Positions 10,516 through 21,070 of a DNA stretch of 64,000 nt are shown one piece after another. The notes beneath the pieces are model-generated. The model made no database searches and had not been told where the DNA came from. It saw only the letters and a program-made list of their open reading frames with translations. Where the stretch lies: assembly GCF_054482525.1 (NCBI RefSeq), contig NZ_CM137006.1; one strand, 5' to 3'. A program made the translations under genes and the position numbers. Every line of letters starts with the position of its first letter. The first letter of the stretch is position 1.

Positions 10516-11232
10516 ATGAAAAAGGCAAAAATACTTTCTGGCGTATTATTACTGTGCTTTTCGTCACCATTAATTTCTCAGGCTGCGACACTGGACGTAC
10601 GTGGTGGATATCGTAGCGGAAGCCATGCCTATGAGACTCGACTCAAAGTCAGTGAGGGATGGCAAAATGGATGGTGGGCAAGCATGGAAAGTAATACCTG
10701 GAATACCATTCATGATAATAAAAAGGAAAATGCCGCACTCAATGATGTTCAGGTTGAAGTTAATTACGCGATTAAACTTGATGATCAATGGACGGTGCGC
10801 CCGGGAATGTTAACGCATTTTAGCAGCAACGGCACACGCTACGGACCCTACGTAAAACTGTCCTGGGACGCGACAAAAGATCTTAATTTTGGCATTCGCT
10901 ATCGTTACGACTGGAAAGCTTACCGACAACAAGACTTATCCGGTGATATGTCTCGTGATAACGTTCATCGTTGGGATGGATATGTCACTTACCATATTAA
11001 TAGTGATTTCACCTTCGCATGGCAAACGACGCTATACAGCAAACAGAACGATTATCGCTATGCAAACCACAAGAAATGGGCGACGGAAAATGCATTTGTT
11101 CTACAATACCATATGACGCCCGATATTACGCCATACATAGAATATGACTACCTTGACCGTCAGGGTGTTTACAACGGCAGAGATAATTTATCGGAAAACA
11201 GTTATCGCATTGGTGTGTCATTTAAACTGTAG
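10516..11232 (+). CDS. nanC: N-acetylneuraminic acid outer membrane channel NanC
   Basis: ORF 10507..11232; signal peptide; KdgM-family porin size; synteny. Confidence 0.85.
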   Translation: MKKAKILSGVLLLCFSSPLISQAATLDVRGGYRSGSHAYETRLKVSEGWQNGWWASMESNTWNTIHDNKKENAALNDVQVEVNYAIKLDDQWTVRPGMLTHFSSNGTRYGPYVKLSWDATKDLNFGIRYRYDWKAYRQQDLSGDMSRDNVHRWDGYVTYHINSDFTFAWQTTLYSKQNDYRYANHKKWATENAFVLQYHMTPDITPYIEYDYLDRQGVYNGRDNLSENSYRIGVSFKL

Positions 11233-11251
11233 TAGACAGGAGACAGTCACA

Positions 11252-12358
11252 ATGAATAAAACAATAACGGCGCTTGCTATCATGATGGCTTCATTTGCCG
11301 CAAACGCGTCTGTATTACCGGAAACTCCTGTGCCATTTAAAAGTGGTACCGGGGCAATTGATAACGACACTGTCTACATTGGTTTAGGTAGCGCAGGTAC
11401 AGCATGGTACAAGCTGGATACACAGGCCAAAGATAAAAAATGGACAGCGTTAGCTGCATTCCCTGGCGGACCAAGAGATCAAGCAACCTCTGCATTTATT
11501 GATGGCAATCTGTATGTGTTTGGCGGCATTGGCAAAAACAGCGAGGGCTTGACTCAGGTATTTAATGACGTACACAAATACAACCCCAAAACCAATAGCT
11601 GGGTTAAATTGATGTCGCACGCGCCGATGGGCATGGCGGGCCATGTGACTTTTGTACACAACGGCAAGGCTTATGTTACTGGCGGTGTTAACCAGAATAT
11701 CTTCAATGGCTATTTTGAAGATCTCAACGAGGCTGGAAAAGATTCAACCGCTATAGATAAAATCAACGCCCACTATTTTGACAAAAAAGCAGAAGATTAT
11801 TTCTTCAATAAGTTTCTGTTGTCTTTTGATCCCTCAACACAGCAATGGAGTTACGCTGGCGAATCTCCCTGGTACGGGACGGCTGGTGCGGCGGTTGTGA
11901 GTAAAGGTGATAAAACCTGGCTTATTAATGGCGAAGCCAAACCAGGATTGCGAACGGATGCCGTATTTGAACTTGATTTCACCGGTAATAATTTAAAATG
12001 GAATAAGCTTGCTCCCGTCGCATCACCAGATGGCGTCGCTGGCGGTTTTGCAGGCATGAGCAATGACTCACTGATATTTGCCGGAGGGGCCGGATTCAAA
12101 GGTTCACGGGAAAATTACCAAAACGGTAAGAACTATGCGCATGAAGGCCTGAAAAAATCATATAGCGCTGATATTCATCTTTGGCATAACGGAAAATGGG
12201 ATAAATCTGGTGAATTATCGCGAGGTCGGGCCTACGGAGTATCATTGCCCTGGAATAATAGTTTATTAATTATTGGCGGTGAAACTGCAGGCGGCAAAGC
12301 GGTGACGGATTCAGTTTTAATTTCTGTGAAGGATAATAAAGTCACAGTACAAAACTAA
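11252..12358 (+). CDS. nanM: N-acetylneuraminate mutarotase NanM (Kelch-repeat beta-propeller)
   Basis: ORF 11144..12358 trimmed to MNKTITALAIMMASFAANA; synteny. Confidence 0.85.
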   Translation: MNKTITALAIMMASFAANASVLPETPVPFKSGTGAIDNDTVYIGLGSAGTAWYKLDTQAKDKKWTALAAFPGGPRDQATSAFIDGNLYVFGGIGKNSEGLTQVFNDVHKYNPKTNSWVKLMSHAPMGMAGHVTFVHNGKAYVTGGVNQNIFNGYFEDLNEAGKDSTAIDKINAHYFDKKAEDYFFNKFLLSFDPSTQQWSYAGESPWYGTAGAAVVSKGDKTWLINGEAKPGLRTDAVFELDFTGNNLKWNKLAPVASPDGVAGGFAGMSNDSLIFAGGAGFKGSRENYQNGKNYAHEGLKKSYSADIHLWHNGKWDKSGELSRGRAYGVSLPWNNSLLIIGGETAGGKAVTDSVLISVKDNKVTVQN

Positions 12359-12422
12359 CGCTTCAGGGCCCCGGTAAAGGGGCCTTGCTATCAATTTGTC
12401 ATTTGTATTACGCGAAAATTAT

Positions 12423-13409
12423 ATGAACGCAATAATATCGCCCGATTATTACTATGTTCTTACCGTTGCTGGTCAGTCTAATGCCATGGCGTATGGCGAA
12501 GGACTGCCATTACCGGACAGGGAAGATGCGCCTCATCCCAGAATTAAACAATTAGCGAGATTTGCGCATACGCATCCCGGAGGCCCGTCATGTCACTTTA
12601 ACGACATTATTCCACTGACTCACTGCCCACACGATGTTCAGGATATGCAGGGTTATCACCATCCTCTGGCAACGAATCATCAAACACAGTACGGCACCGT
12701 TGGCCAGGCACTGCATATTGCACGGAAATTACTGCCCTTCATTCCTGATAATGCAGGGATTCTCATCGTTCCGTGTTGCCGTGGCGGATCGGCTTTTACC
12801 GCAGGCAGCGAAGGGACATATTCAGAACGGCACGGAGCCAGCCATGATGCTTGTCGTTGGGGAACGGATACTCCGCTATACCAGGATTTAGTCAGCAGAA
12901 CGCGAGCCGCACTGGCAAAAAATCCGCAGAACAAATTCCTCGGCGTATGCTGGATGCAAGGCGAATTTGACTTAATGACCAGTGACTACGCGTCACACCC
13001 TCAACACTTTAATCATATGGTTGAAGCCTTTCGTAGGGATCTAAAACAATACCATTCTCAGCTTAATAAAATTACTGACGCACCGTGGTTTTGCGGCGAT
13101 ACCACCTGGTACTGGAAAGAAAATTTCCCTCATGCGTATGAAGCTATTTATGGCAATTATCAAAATAATGTTTTAGCCAATATTATTTTCGTCGACTTCC
13201 AGCAACAAGGTGCAAGAGGACTGACGAACGCGCCTGATGAAGATCCGGACGATTTAAGCACGGGATATTACGGTTCAGTGTACCGGTCACCGGAGAACTG
13301 GACGACGGCACTGCGAAGCAGTCATTTCAGCGCGGCAGCCCGTCGGGGGATTATTTCTGACAGGTTTGTAGAAGCAATTTTGCGTTTGTCACATTTTCAC
13401 AAAGAATAG
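12423..13409 (+). CDS. nanS: 9-O-acetyl-N-acetylneuraminate esterase NanS
   Basis: ORF 12396..13409 trimmed to MNAIISPDYYYVLTVAGQSNA (GQSN-type motif); synteny. Confidence 0.85.
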   Translation: MNAIISPDYYYVLTVAGQSNAMAYGEGLPLPDREDAPHPRIKQLARFAHTHPGGPSCHFNDIIPLTHCPHDVQDMQGYHHPLATNHQTQYGTVGQALHIARKLLPFIPDNAGILIVPCCRGGSAFTAGSEGTYSERHGASHDACRWGTDTPLYQDLVSRTRAALAKNPQNKFLGVCWMQGEFDLMTSDYASHPQHFNHMVEAFRRDLKQYHSQLNKITDAPWFCGDTTWYWKENFPHAYEAIYGNYQNNVLANIIFVDFQQQGARGLTNAPDEDPDDLSTGYYGSVYRSPENWTTALRSSHFSAAARRGIISDRFVEAILRLSHFHKE

Positions 13410-14154
13410 TACACGCTATTCCTTGTGCAATCAGGCCAGCTCGCAATAAAGGCAGCAACTATGCTTGAAGCCCCTTTCACCGCCGGATAAATAATATCCT
13501 TACGGCAATTGGTAACCGTATAAAATGCTTGATGTTTTGAACTGCCGTTGACGAAGATGAAGTAATCTGCTTTTTTGGCAGCATCCAATAACGCATCAAT
13601 GGCAACGCGATCATTGTTGAGCTCAATTCATAGCGCCGGATACAATTTCAATAAGGCGTCTTTACCACGTTGCGTGGCATTTTTGTAATACTGTAAAACA
13701 CCCGCTTTTTCCCGCGGAGATTCCGATACAACGGAGACGTTACGCTTGCTGGTATGGTTTCTGTCGGGAGGGTACTACCGATATCCTTACAAACGTAGAG
13801 CTGTTCCATCATGCGTGCCAACAACAGCATACGGATATCCAACCGTTCCCAGCGACGTAGGAACATCTCGCGAATGTTAATCCAGTACTGTAGTCGGCGA
13901 TCGCTATCACCAGATTCACAATCATAAAGAACCTCTGCAATATCAAGAGTATACTTGAGAATTTATGTCGATTCATTTTTCGTGCACAACATTTCGATAG
14001 CTTCGAGGGCATCATGGTATTCTTTGTGACTGAAGGTCCATGAAAGTAACGTATCCAGAATAATCCCTGTAGTTGCCAAAATGAGTTGATCACTACACAA
14101 TGATTTGTTTGTACAGAAGGAACGATTATTATATGTTCTTGTAGGGCAGAGCAC
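13397..14154 (-). pseudogene. Degraded gene remnant: four short minus-strand ORFs in different frames at the left island border
   Basis: Four abutting 60-95 aa ORFs with no intact long frame; could be a yjhR-like remnant but its identity is not determinable by eye. Confidence 0.35.
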
Positions 14155-14271
14155 GTTGCTACGGTAACAGCGTTGAAGATAATTTGGTCGAGACTGTAGT
14201 GGCCCAGTTTAAAAGGTAGCAGAATTTTAAAAGTGTCAGGTGCATAGAATTAAAAAAATGGAACTATAAAA

Positions 14272-16005
14272 ATGGAAATCATGTTACCAAAAAACACCTT
14301 ATATGACAGAGAGCAAAATGTCTTTTTTGAAAAGGTTACGGCCTTAATTGGCGAAAATGGTGCTGGTAAGTCCTCGATTTTACAATCCGTATTTATTAAC
14401 TGTTTAACAAAAAAATATCTACCAGAAACAAAGGTTGTTTGTTTTTCTTCTGGACAAAATGAGAAATACTCAACGTACTTCTCTGATTATCTTTCTCATG
14501 AAAGGCAAGCAAATAGAGGTCTTAACTTAGATTGTTGTTATTACGATAAATCATGGTCAAAGTTACTAATATTCATATCCACAATTTGTAAATCAAATGG
14601 TCTTGTTAGAAATTTTTTATGTGAGAAAGGCTATATTGATGTATCAGATGATAAAAATGATGATATATCAAGCAAGCTTACATTGACGGTCCGAGTAAAT
14701 TCGGCTTACGTTAATCGAGTAAAAATGGCATTAGCACAAGAAGAACAAGGTATTGAAAATACTTTAAGGTATTCAGCTTATCATAGGACTTTAGAAAGTT
14801 TCATTAATAATATTGTTAATGCTGATTATGATTTCGAGTCTCCACTTGAAGCTCAAGAGATCTTGCTAACTCATTCAAATTTTTTCAATCCATCATTTGA
14901 GGAAGCAGAAGATTCCTTTTTTGATCCTATCATAACATTTTTCACTCAAGCAGCAGATAATGATTACTTTATAATAAAACCATCATTACAGCTAGAGTTT
15001 AAAAATAATATCGAACTGAATGATATTAGTGATGGGGAATATCAAGTACTCTTTTTATACTCTCTGCTTGATATTTTTGATAGTCCTAATACTTTATTCT
15101 TATTAGATGAGATAGATTCCCATTTACATTACAAGAATATTGAGCTCTTATGGCATCGACTACATAGTATTAATGGTTATGCGATAACAACCACCCATCT
15201 ATTAGACTCAATTACAGCTACTGATAATGATTTTAAAAACTTAAAGATTGTTGATAAAGGAAAAATAAAAGAAGATGATAAAATAAAAACTATAATAGAA
15301 CGTTTATCTGTCTTGACAAGAATATCAGACGTACAGTTCGAAGTGTGTCGTAAACTAGAAAACATAGTATTGATGGATGATTATAATGATTGGACTATTT
15401 TTTATGCCTTAGCAAAGAAAAAAGGACTTGATGTATCAAAGTTAGATGGCCTCCATGCAATAAAACAGTCCTCTGGTTACGATAATTTAAATCAAGAGTT
15501 CGCAAAACCAAAAATAGAGTGGATTAATTCGCTTTCAAATGTAAATACTGATAAGAAAGTCAAAAAAATATTCATGATCTGCGACAAAGATGAGGCTCCA
15601 ATTACCTATCAGAAAGATGGAGTTCAAGTCAATGGAAGTGAATATTCAAAACATATAGCGAAGTTAGAAAATAAAAACAAAAATAAAATATATCTCCTTG
15701 CTTGGAAAAGAAGAGAAATAAAAAACTACTTATTATCTTATACGGCATTGTCTCATCATGGATTTATCGGGCAAATAAACAATGGTGATCTGCCGGCTAA
15801 CAGTTATTTAAAAGAAAACAATCCTGGAGATAATTCAGCAATTAGCCGGCTTAATGTAAAACATTGCATCACAAAAATAATTGATTCTGATGGTATAGGA
15901 TTAGATATCTCAAAACTTTACTCATATATAGAACTTATACCACCTGCTGAGATCAGTGAAGATATAGTGAACATGTACAATTTTTTGGTGGAGAAATTAA
16001 AATGA
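14272..16005 (+). CDS. OLD-family-like ABC ATPase (577 aa) with a possible C-terminal TOPRIM/DUF4435-like region; candidate restriction component
   Basis: Walker A GENGAGKSS, ABC signature-like ISDGEYQ, Walker B LFLLDEID, H-loop TTTHLL, C-terminal DxD-like ICDKDE; about 30% GC; stop overlaps the next start (ATGA). Confidence 0.7.
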   Translation: MEIMLPKNTLYDREQNVFFEKVTALIGENGAGKSSILQSVFINCLTKKYLPETKVVCFSSGQNEKYSTYFSDYLSHERQANRGLNLDCCYYDKSWSKLLIFISTICKSNGLVRNFLCEKGYIDVSDDKNDDISSKLTLTVRVNSAYVNRVKMALAQEEQGIENTLRYSAYHRTLESFINNIVNADYDFESPLEAQEILLTHSNFFNPSFEEAEDSFFDPIITFFTQAADNDYFIIKPSLQLEFKNNIELNDISDGEYQVLFLYSLLDIFDSPNTLFLLDEIDSHLHYKNIELLWHRLHSINGYAITTTHLLDSITATDNDFKNLKIVDKGKIKEDDKIKTIIERLSVLTRISDVQFEVCRKLENIVLMDDYNDWTIFYALAKKKGLDVSKLDGLHAIKQSSGYDNLNQEFAKPKIEWINSLSNVNTDKKVKKIFMICDKDEAPITYQKDGVQVNGSEYSKHIAKLENKNKNKIYLLAWKRREIKNYLLSYTALSHHGFIGQINNGDLPANSYLKENNPGDNSAISRLNVKHCITKIIDSDGIGLDISKLYSYIELIPPAEISEDIVNMYNFLVEKLK

Positions 16006-17909
16006 ACACCTCTTTATTTGAAGATCTACTTACACTAATCAAGAAAAAGAGTTCGATAAGAAATACAGAGCAAGCAGTAGAGTTAATTTCATTATTTATT
16101 TTTTTACATTATATAAAATTATATCTTTATGAAAATGATAAAAGATTTTCAGATATAAAAAACATATCAAGCAACAACATTAATGAAATTAAATATTATT
16201 ACCAGCAACTATATGAAAGTTTTATTTTCTCGATAGATATAAAAAATATAAACCACGACATGCTTGAAAACCTCAGGAGTAAGATAGGTTTTTTAATTAA
16301 TAACATCAATGACCATGAAATAATTAAATATATAGATTATTCTATTTCGCAGATACATTCACTTACAGAATTCCATCAATATGCAAATTCTTATCAATCT
16401 TTAATTCTTAGGATGGTTAATGAATCGGGTCGTTCAGGTGAATATGTTACTCCATCTGCTTTAGTTCAGCTCATGGTTGAAATGTTATCACCTACAGATG
16501 GCACATCAATCTACGACCCAGCATGTGGAACTGGGGGTTTATTAATAGAGTCAGCACGATATATTAAAGGCAACAGTTTAAACAAAAACTTAAATTTAAA
16601 TTATTCCCTTATTGGTAATGACACATCATCATTTGCCTGTCTAATCTCAATTGTTAACCTTTTAATCAATAAAGAATTTAATTTTGAAATAATACTAAAA
16701 GATAGCTTAGATATAAATTATAAGAATAAAAAATATGACTTTGTTTTAACTAACCCACCATTTGGGAAAAAGAGCTGTTGGGATAATATTCATATTGACA
16801 CACATTATAAAGGACCTAATCTAGACTATTACTTCCTGGAGCATGTTATTGACTCTCTCGCTGTTAATGGCAAAGCAGCCATGATATTACCAGAGCGTTT
16901 TTTATATGATGTGAGTGAAGAGTGCATCACTCTTAAAGATAAGATCTTCCAAAATTATAATTTAGATTGTATTTTATCTATACCGTCAGGTGCATTGCTT
17001 CCTTACACTGCAGTAAAATTATGTATTCTTTTTATAAGTAATTCTGGCCCAACAGATAGAATATTTTTCTACAATTTAAATAATGGTGAAAAATACTCAC
17101 GTACAAATATTATAAAATTCGATGATTTTATAGATTTTTTAGAGTCAGCAAAAAATAGAACAATAACTGAACACTCCTGGATTATCAATATTAGTGATAC
17201 ACCTTCATCTTATAACTTACTCTTAAAAGATAAAGAGCGAAACTCATATGAGTTTCTTAGTGATTCTATAGTTAACATTGAACAGACAATACGTAATAAT
17301 GAATTATTACTAACAGAGTTGTCTTTATTAAGAGAAAAAATAGCAATCTTAGAGTCAACAATAAAAAATCATTCGCATGAATATGAATTTGAGAGACTTA
17401 AAGTTGGAAATATTGCAATAGTAAAATCCGGAAATTTATTACAAAAAAACAGGCTGTTACCCACTGGACCAATTCCTGTATACGGTGGAAATGGAGTTAT
17501 TGGATATAATAATGAAGCAATGGAAAATGGTGAAAATATTATTATTGGTAAGGTCGGAGCTCTTTGCGGAAACGTTCGGTATGTTCAAGGTGATATTTGG
17601 GTGACAAATAACTCATTAATTATTAAGAATTATTCACCAAATAAAGTTTTAACACCCTACCTTGCAAAATTATTATCTACTTTAAACTTAAGAAGGCTCG
17701 CCGTTGGTACCGCTCAGCAATATTTAACCACGACACAAATAAAAAATGTAGAAGTTAGTATTCCACCTTTAACGACCCAGTATAAATTAAATATTTGGCT
17801 TGATGAGTTAGATAATACGCTTGAACAATATAATAATCTCATTGAAAAAATAATGAATGATAAGCGAGAACTTAAAGAGAATTTGTATAAAGGTCTTTTA
17901 ATAGAATAG
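16002..17909 (+). CDS. Gamma-class N6-adenine DNA methyltransferase fused to an HsdS-like target-recognition domain (635 aa)
   Basis: Motif I DPACGTGGLL followed by motif IV NPPFG; C-terminal region resembles type I specificity-subunit TRDs; AT-rich; coupled to the upstream ATPase. Confidence 0.75.
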   Translation: MNTSLFEDLLTLIKKKSSIRNTEQAVELISLFIFLHYIKLYLYENDKRFSDIKNISSNNINEIKYYYQQLYESFIFSIDIKNINHDMLENLRSKIGFLINNINDHEIIKYIDYSISQIHSLTEFHQYANSYQSLILRMVNESGRSGEYVTPSALVQLMVEMLSPTDGTSIYDPACGTGGLLIESARYIKGNSLNKNLNLNYSLIGNDTSSFACLISIVNLLINKEFNFEIILKDSLDINYKNKKYDFVLTNPPFGKKSCWDNIHIDTHYKGPNLDYYFLEHVIDSLAVNGKAAMILPERFLYDVSEECITLKDKIFQNYNLDCILSIPSGALLPYTAVKLCILFISNSGPTDRIFFYNLNNGEKYSRTNIIKFDDFIDFLESAKNRTITEHSWIINISDTPSSYNLLLKDKERNSYEFLSDSIVNIEQTIRNNELLLTELSLLREKIAILESTIKNHSHEYEFERLKVGNIAIVKSGNLLQKNRLLPTGPIPVYGGNGVIGYNNEAMENGENIIIGKVGALCGNVRYVQGDIWVTNNSLIIKNYSPNKVLTPYLAKLLSTLNLRRLAVGTAQQYLTTTQIKNVEVSIPPLTTQYKLNIWLDELDNTLEQYNNLIEKIMNDKRELKENLYKGLLIE

Positions 17910-17989
17910 ATCACAGTAGCAGGGTGTCCACAATACACCCTGCTACTGGTTGCAAGTAAGTTGCAATATCTGTACTGCTGAAGCTACGA

Positions 17990-20900
17990 TTAATAATGCT
18001 CCTCAATATACCCATACGCCTTCTGGAACAACTCTTTATCTTTCCCTAGTCCAAACTGGGCCAAGGTCAGCAAAAGCGCCTTTTGGATTTCGCGCGGGCC
18101 ACTGTTAGAATTTTGCCAGCCATCAAAGCGGGTAGCTTTCACAATTTTATCAATTTGCTCTACAACATCACCGATTAACTTAGGGGTAGTTTCCGGACGT
18201 GTTTCGAGGAAAAGCTTAGTCAACGCCTGTTTATTATCAGCTTCAGTTACTGGACGCTCGCCCGTTTCGCGCTCGGCTTGAACGGTATCTTTCGCTGCAT
18301 CCAACAGGCCTTTCAACCAGTCAATGGCCTTGATAACACCAGCTTCATAGTCCTGACGCAGTTTTTCAAGGCGCTCGCCCAATGCCACAAATTTAGGATC
18401 ATGACTGCCGCGCAAACGTCCCATAAGATCAATCTCCAGGCGTTTAGCACGTTGTTCCTGCTCTTTAGCGGTCAGGGTAAAAATAGCGTGCTCGTCCATG
18501 ACCAACTCGTCAATATCATCGCGAATACGATTGATATCAGTATGCTCATGGATCATCTTGATTGTTTCGGGGCCAAGGGCAGCCCAAACAAGCGCACCTG
18601 TCTGCCCTACCGGACGCACCGATTCATAAATTTGCGCCAGCCATTTATAGTCCTGACGATAAGGGGTCAAAAAAGGGTCTGGGTTGATAGCTGACCATAA
18701 CTTGGATAACACACCAAAGCTGGCAGCGAATTCATCGCGCTTCTCGTTGGTCGGCAGGCATTCCTGCGCGGCCATAATACCTTCAAAACCAGCTATGGAC
18801 CGATCCACACCAGGGAAGAAGGACAAACATTTATTCAGTTGTAACGGCAATAGCTCTTTAAATGCCTCAATTCCCTCTACAACTCCTTCAATTTCTTCAG
18901 GGTTATAGGCCAGAGCGGTACGCAGATTTTCGAAAACGCCGAGGTAGTCGATAATTAATCCCATGTCCTTGCGTACAGTATCGGTTTCGTACAGCCGGTT
19001 AGTTCGGCACATGGCCTGCAGAAGGGTATGATCGCGTAGAGGCTTATCGAGGTACATGCAGTAGCAAATCGGGGCATCAAAGCCCGTAAGCAGCTTGGCG
19101 GTTACGATAATAAGCTGTAATGGATATTCAGGATCTTTAAAGCACTCAATTAGATCCTTTTGCACCTGCTCTTCGGCATCGATGTGCTGCCAGCGTTCAA
19201 AATCGACTTGTTTGACAGGCAGCTCCAACTCATCATGCCATTTAAGCCAATCCTTGTTGAGCTTGTCTTTTTTGCCACCCTCTTCAACTTTAATCGGAGC
19301 CTGGTCAACGTTCATAACCACTTCAACTGCATCAAAACCAAGCTTTTCACCGAGCAAATAATACATCTGCACACAGGCTTCGCGATCGTATACCACAACC
19401 ATGCCTTTCATCTTTTTCGGCATAACATGGTTGGTAAAATGCTCAGCAATATCATTACTCACCGCAGCCATACGTCTGGGAGATTTCAGCATAATAGCCA
19501 GCTTGCCGGCACGTCTGGACAATGCTGCTTTTTCTTCTTCATCCAGGTTGTTTTCGGTAGCCAGTTGCTCGAACTCTTCATTGATGGCATCACGATCCAC
19601 TCGGAGTTCAGCCAGCCGAGGTTCGAACTTCACCGGGTTAGTTGCGCCATCCCGGATCGACTGCTTATAGCTATAGCGGCTCATATAGCGACCTGGATCT
19701 TCTTCGGCACCGAACAATTTGAACGTATTACGATCAATGCCAGAAATCGGAGTACCAGTCAGGCCATAGAAGTGGGCATTGGGCAACGCCCAGCGCATTT
19801 TCTCGCCTAATCCCCCTTCCTGTGTACGGTGAGCTTCGTCAACCAACACAATGATATTGTCCCGGTTGTTCAGGCCATTAGGGTTGCTATCGTCAATTTC
19901 GATATCTTTAAATTTAAAGATGGTGGTGATTAAAATGCCACGGCTGTCTTGTTCAATGTATTCACCCAACTTTTTGCAGCTTTGCACTTTAATCAGATTC
20001 TTAACGTCGGCTCCACCAAAGGTCTCGTTAATTTGGCTGTCCAGATCTCGCCGGTCCACAACGATAAGTACCGTCGGGTTTTTTAACGCATTATCGGCAC
20101 GTAGCATTTTGGCGGCGTAAAGCATCAACAAGGATTTACCCGATCCCTGGAAATGCCAAATAAGACCTTTTTTTGGATAGCCTCTGCGAACACGCTCAAC
20201 AATTTGTTTTGCAGCTTCAAATTGCGGATAACGCGGCAAGATTTTAACGCGTTTAGGTGGAGTATTTTTGCCCGTTTTGACGGTTGAAAATAATGCAAAA
20301 GATTCCAGTAACTGCAATAAGGTTTGCGGATTTAACAAACTCTCACAGCTATTGAGTACCGATGCCAGACCCGGCAAAATTTCATCACGAAGCTCAGTAT
20401 TATGCCAGGGTCCCCAGTCTTTAACTCGGGCATTAATGGCTCCATAGGCAAAGGTTTTACCTTCGCTGGCAAAGCACAGCAAGTTAGGTACAAAGAAAGA
20501 TTCAACATTTTTCCAGTAGTACTTTTTGCCACCCATGAAATCGGCAGCACCGTCTTGCCAGGTCACGCTGGGGCGTGTTGCGGTTTTAACTTCGCCTACT
20601 ACCAGTGGCATGCCGTTCACATAAAGAACAATATCAAAATAGACTTCAGTGGCCGCGATATAGTGAACCTGCTGCGCCACTACAAAGTGGTTGTTCTCTA
20701 TATTGTCAAAATCAATCAGATTGATGGTGATATGGTCGCCATTCTTACCAAAAGGCAAGGTTTTGTCGGCCATCAACCATTCCTGGAAGTTTTCATTGGC
20801 CTTTACCAAGCCGGTATGGCGGGCTTCTAAAACCACTCCTCGCAGTTTGTAAATGACCTCATCGGCATAGTCAGGCTGTCTGCCGATATCAGGGTTTAAC

Positions 20901-21070
20901 GAACAAAGCGCGTCTTTTAGCCACTCATCAACGAATATATCCTGCGCTTGTTTAGGCAGGTTTTCACCGTGGCAGTAAGTCCACTTGACTCCGCTTAAAC
21001 CTTTTAAACGGTCGATAATTCCATTTTCTGTGACGGTTTGTTCGTTAAACATTTTATATTTCCTTATCAA
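17990..21070 (-). CDS. hsdR: Type I restriction enzyme R subunit HsdR (alternative start at 21052)
   Basis: 1026 aa; Walker A GSGKS and DEAH box (VDEAHRTQ); recognisable HsdR N-terminal nuclease region; operon with hsdM/hsdS. Confidence 0.9.
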   Translation of the reverse strand: MIRKYKMFNEQTVTENGIIDRLKGLSGVKWTYCHGENLPKQAQDIFVDEWLKDALCSLNPDIGRQPDYADEVIYKLRGVVLEARHTGLVKANENFQEWLMADKTLPFGKNGDHITINLIDFDNIENNHFVVAQQVHYIAATEVYFDIVLYVNGMPLVVGEVKTATRPSVTWQDGAADFMGGKKYYWKNVESFFVPNLLCFASEGKTFAYGAINARVKDWGPWHNTELRDEILPGLASVLNSCESLLNPQTLLQLLESFALFSTVKTGKNTPPKRVKILPRYPQFEAAKQIVERVRRGYPKKGLIWHFQGSGKSLLMLYAAKMLRADNALKNPTVLIVVDRRDLDSQINETFGGADVKNLIKVQSCKKLGEYIEQDSRGILITTIFKFKDIEIDDSNPNGLNNRDNIIVLVDEAHRTQEGGLGEKMRWALPNAHFYGLTGTPISGIDRNTFKLFGAEEDPGRYMSRYSYKQSIRDGATNPVKFEPRLAELRVDRDAINEEFEQLATENNLDEEEKAALSRRAGKLAIMLKSPRRMAAVSNDIAEHFTNHVMPKKMKGMVVVYDREACVQMYYLLGEKLGFDAVEVVMNVDQAPIKVEEGGKKDKLNKDWLKWHDELELPVKQVDFERWQHIDAEEQVQKDLIECFKDPEYPLQLIIVTAKLLTGFDAPICYCMYLDKPLRDHTLLQAMCRTNRLYETDTVRKDMGLIIDYLGVFENLRTALAYNPEEIEGVVEGIEAFKELLPLQLNKCLSFFPGVDRSIAGFEGIMAAQECLPTNEKRDEFAASFGVLSKLWSAINPDPFLTPYRQDYKWLAQIYESVRPVGQTGALVWAALGPETIKMIHEHTDINRIRDDIDELVMDEHAIFTLTAKEQEQRAKRLEIDLMGRLRGSHDPKFVALGERLEKLRQDYEAGVIKAIDWLKGLLDAAKDTVQAERETGERPVTEADNKQALTKLFLETRPETTPKLIGDVVEQIDKIVKATRFDGWQNSNSGPREIQKALLLTLAQFGLGKDKELFQKAYGYIEEHY

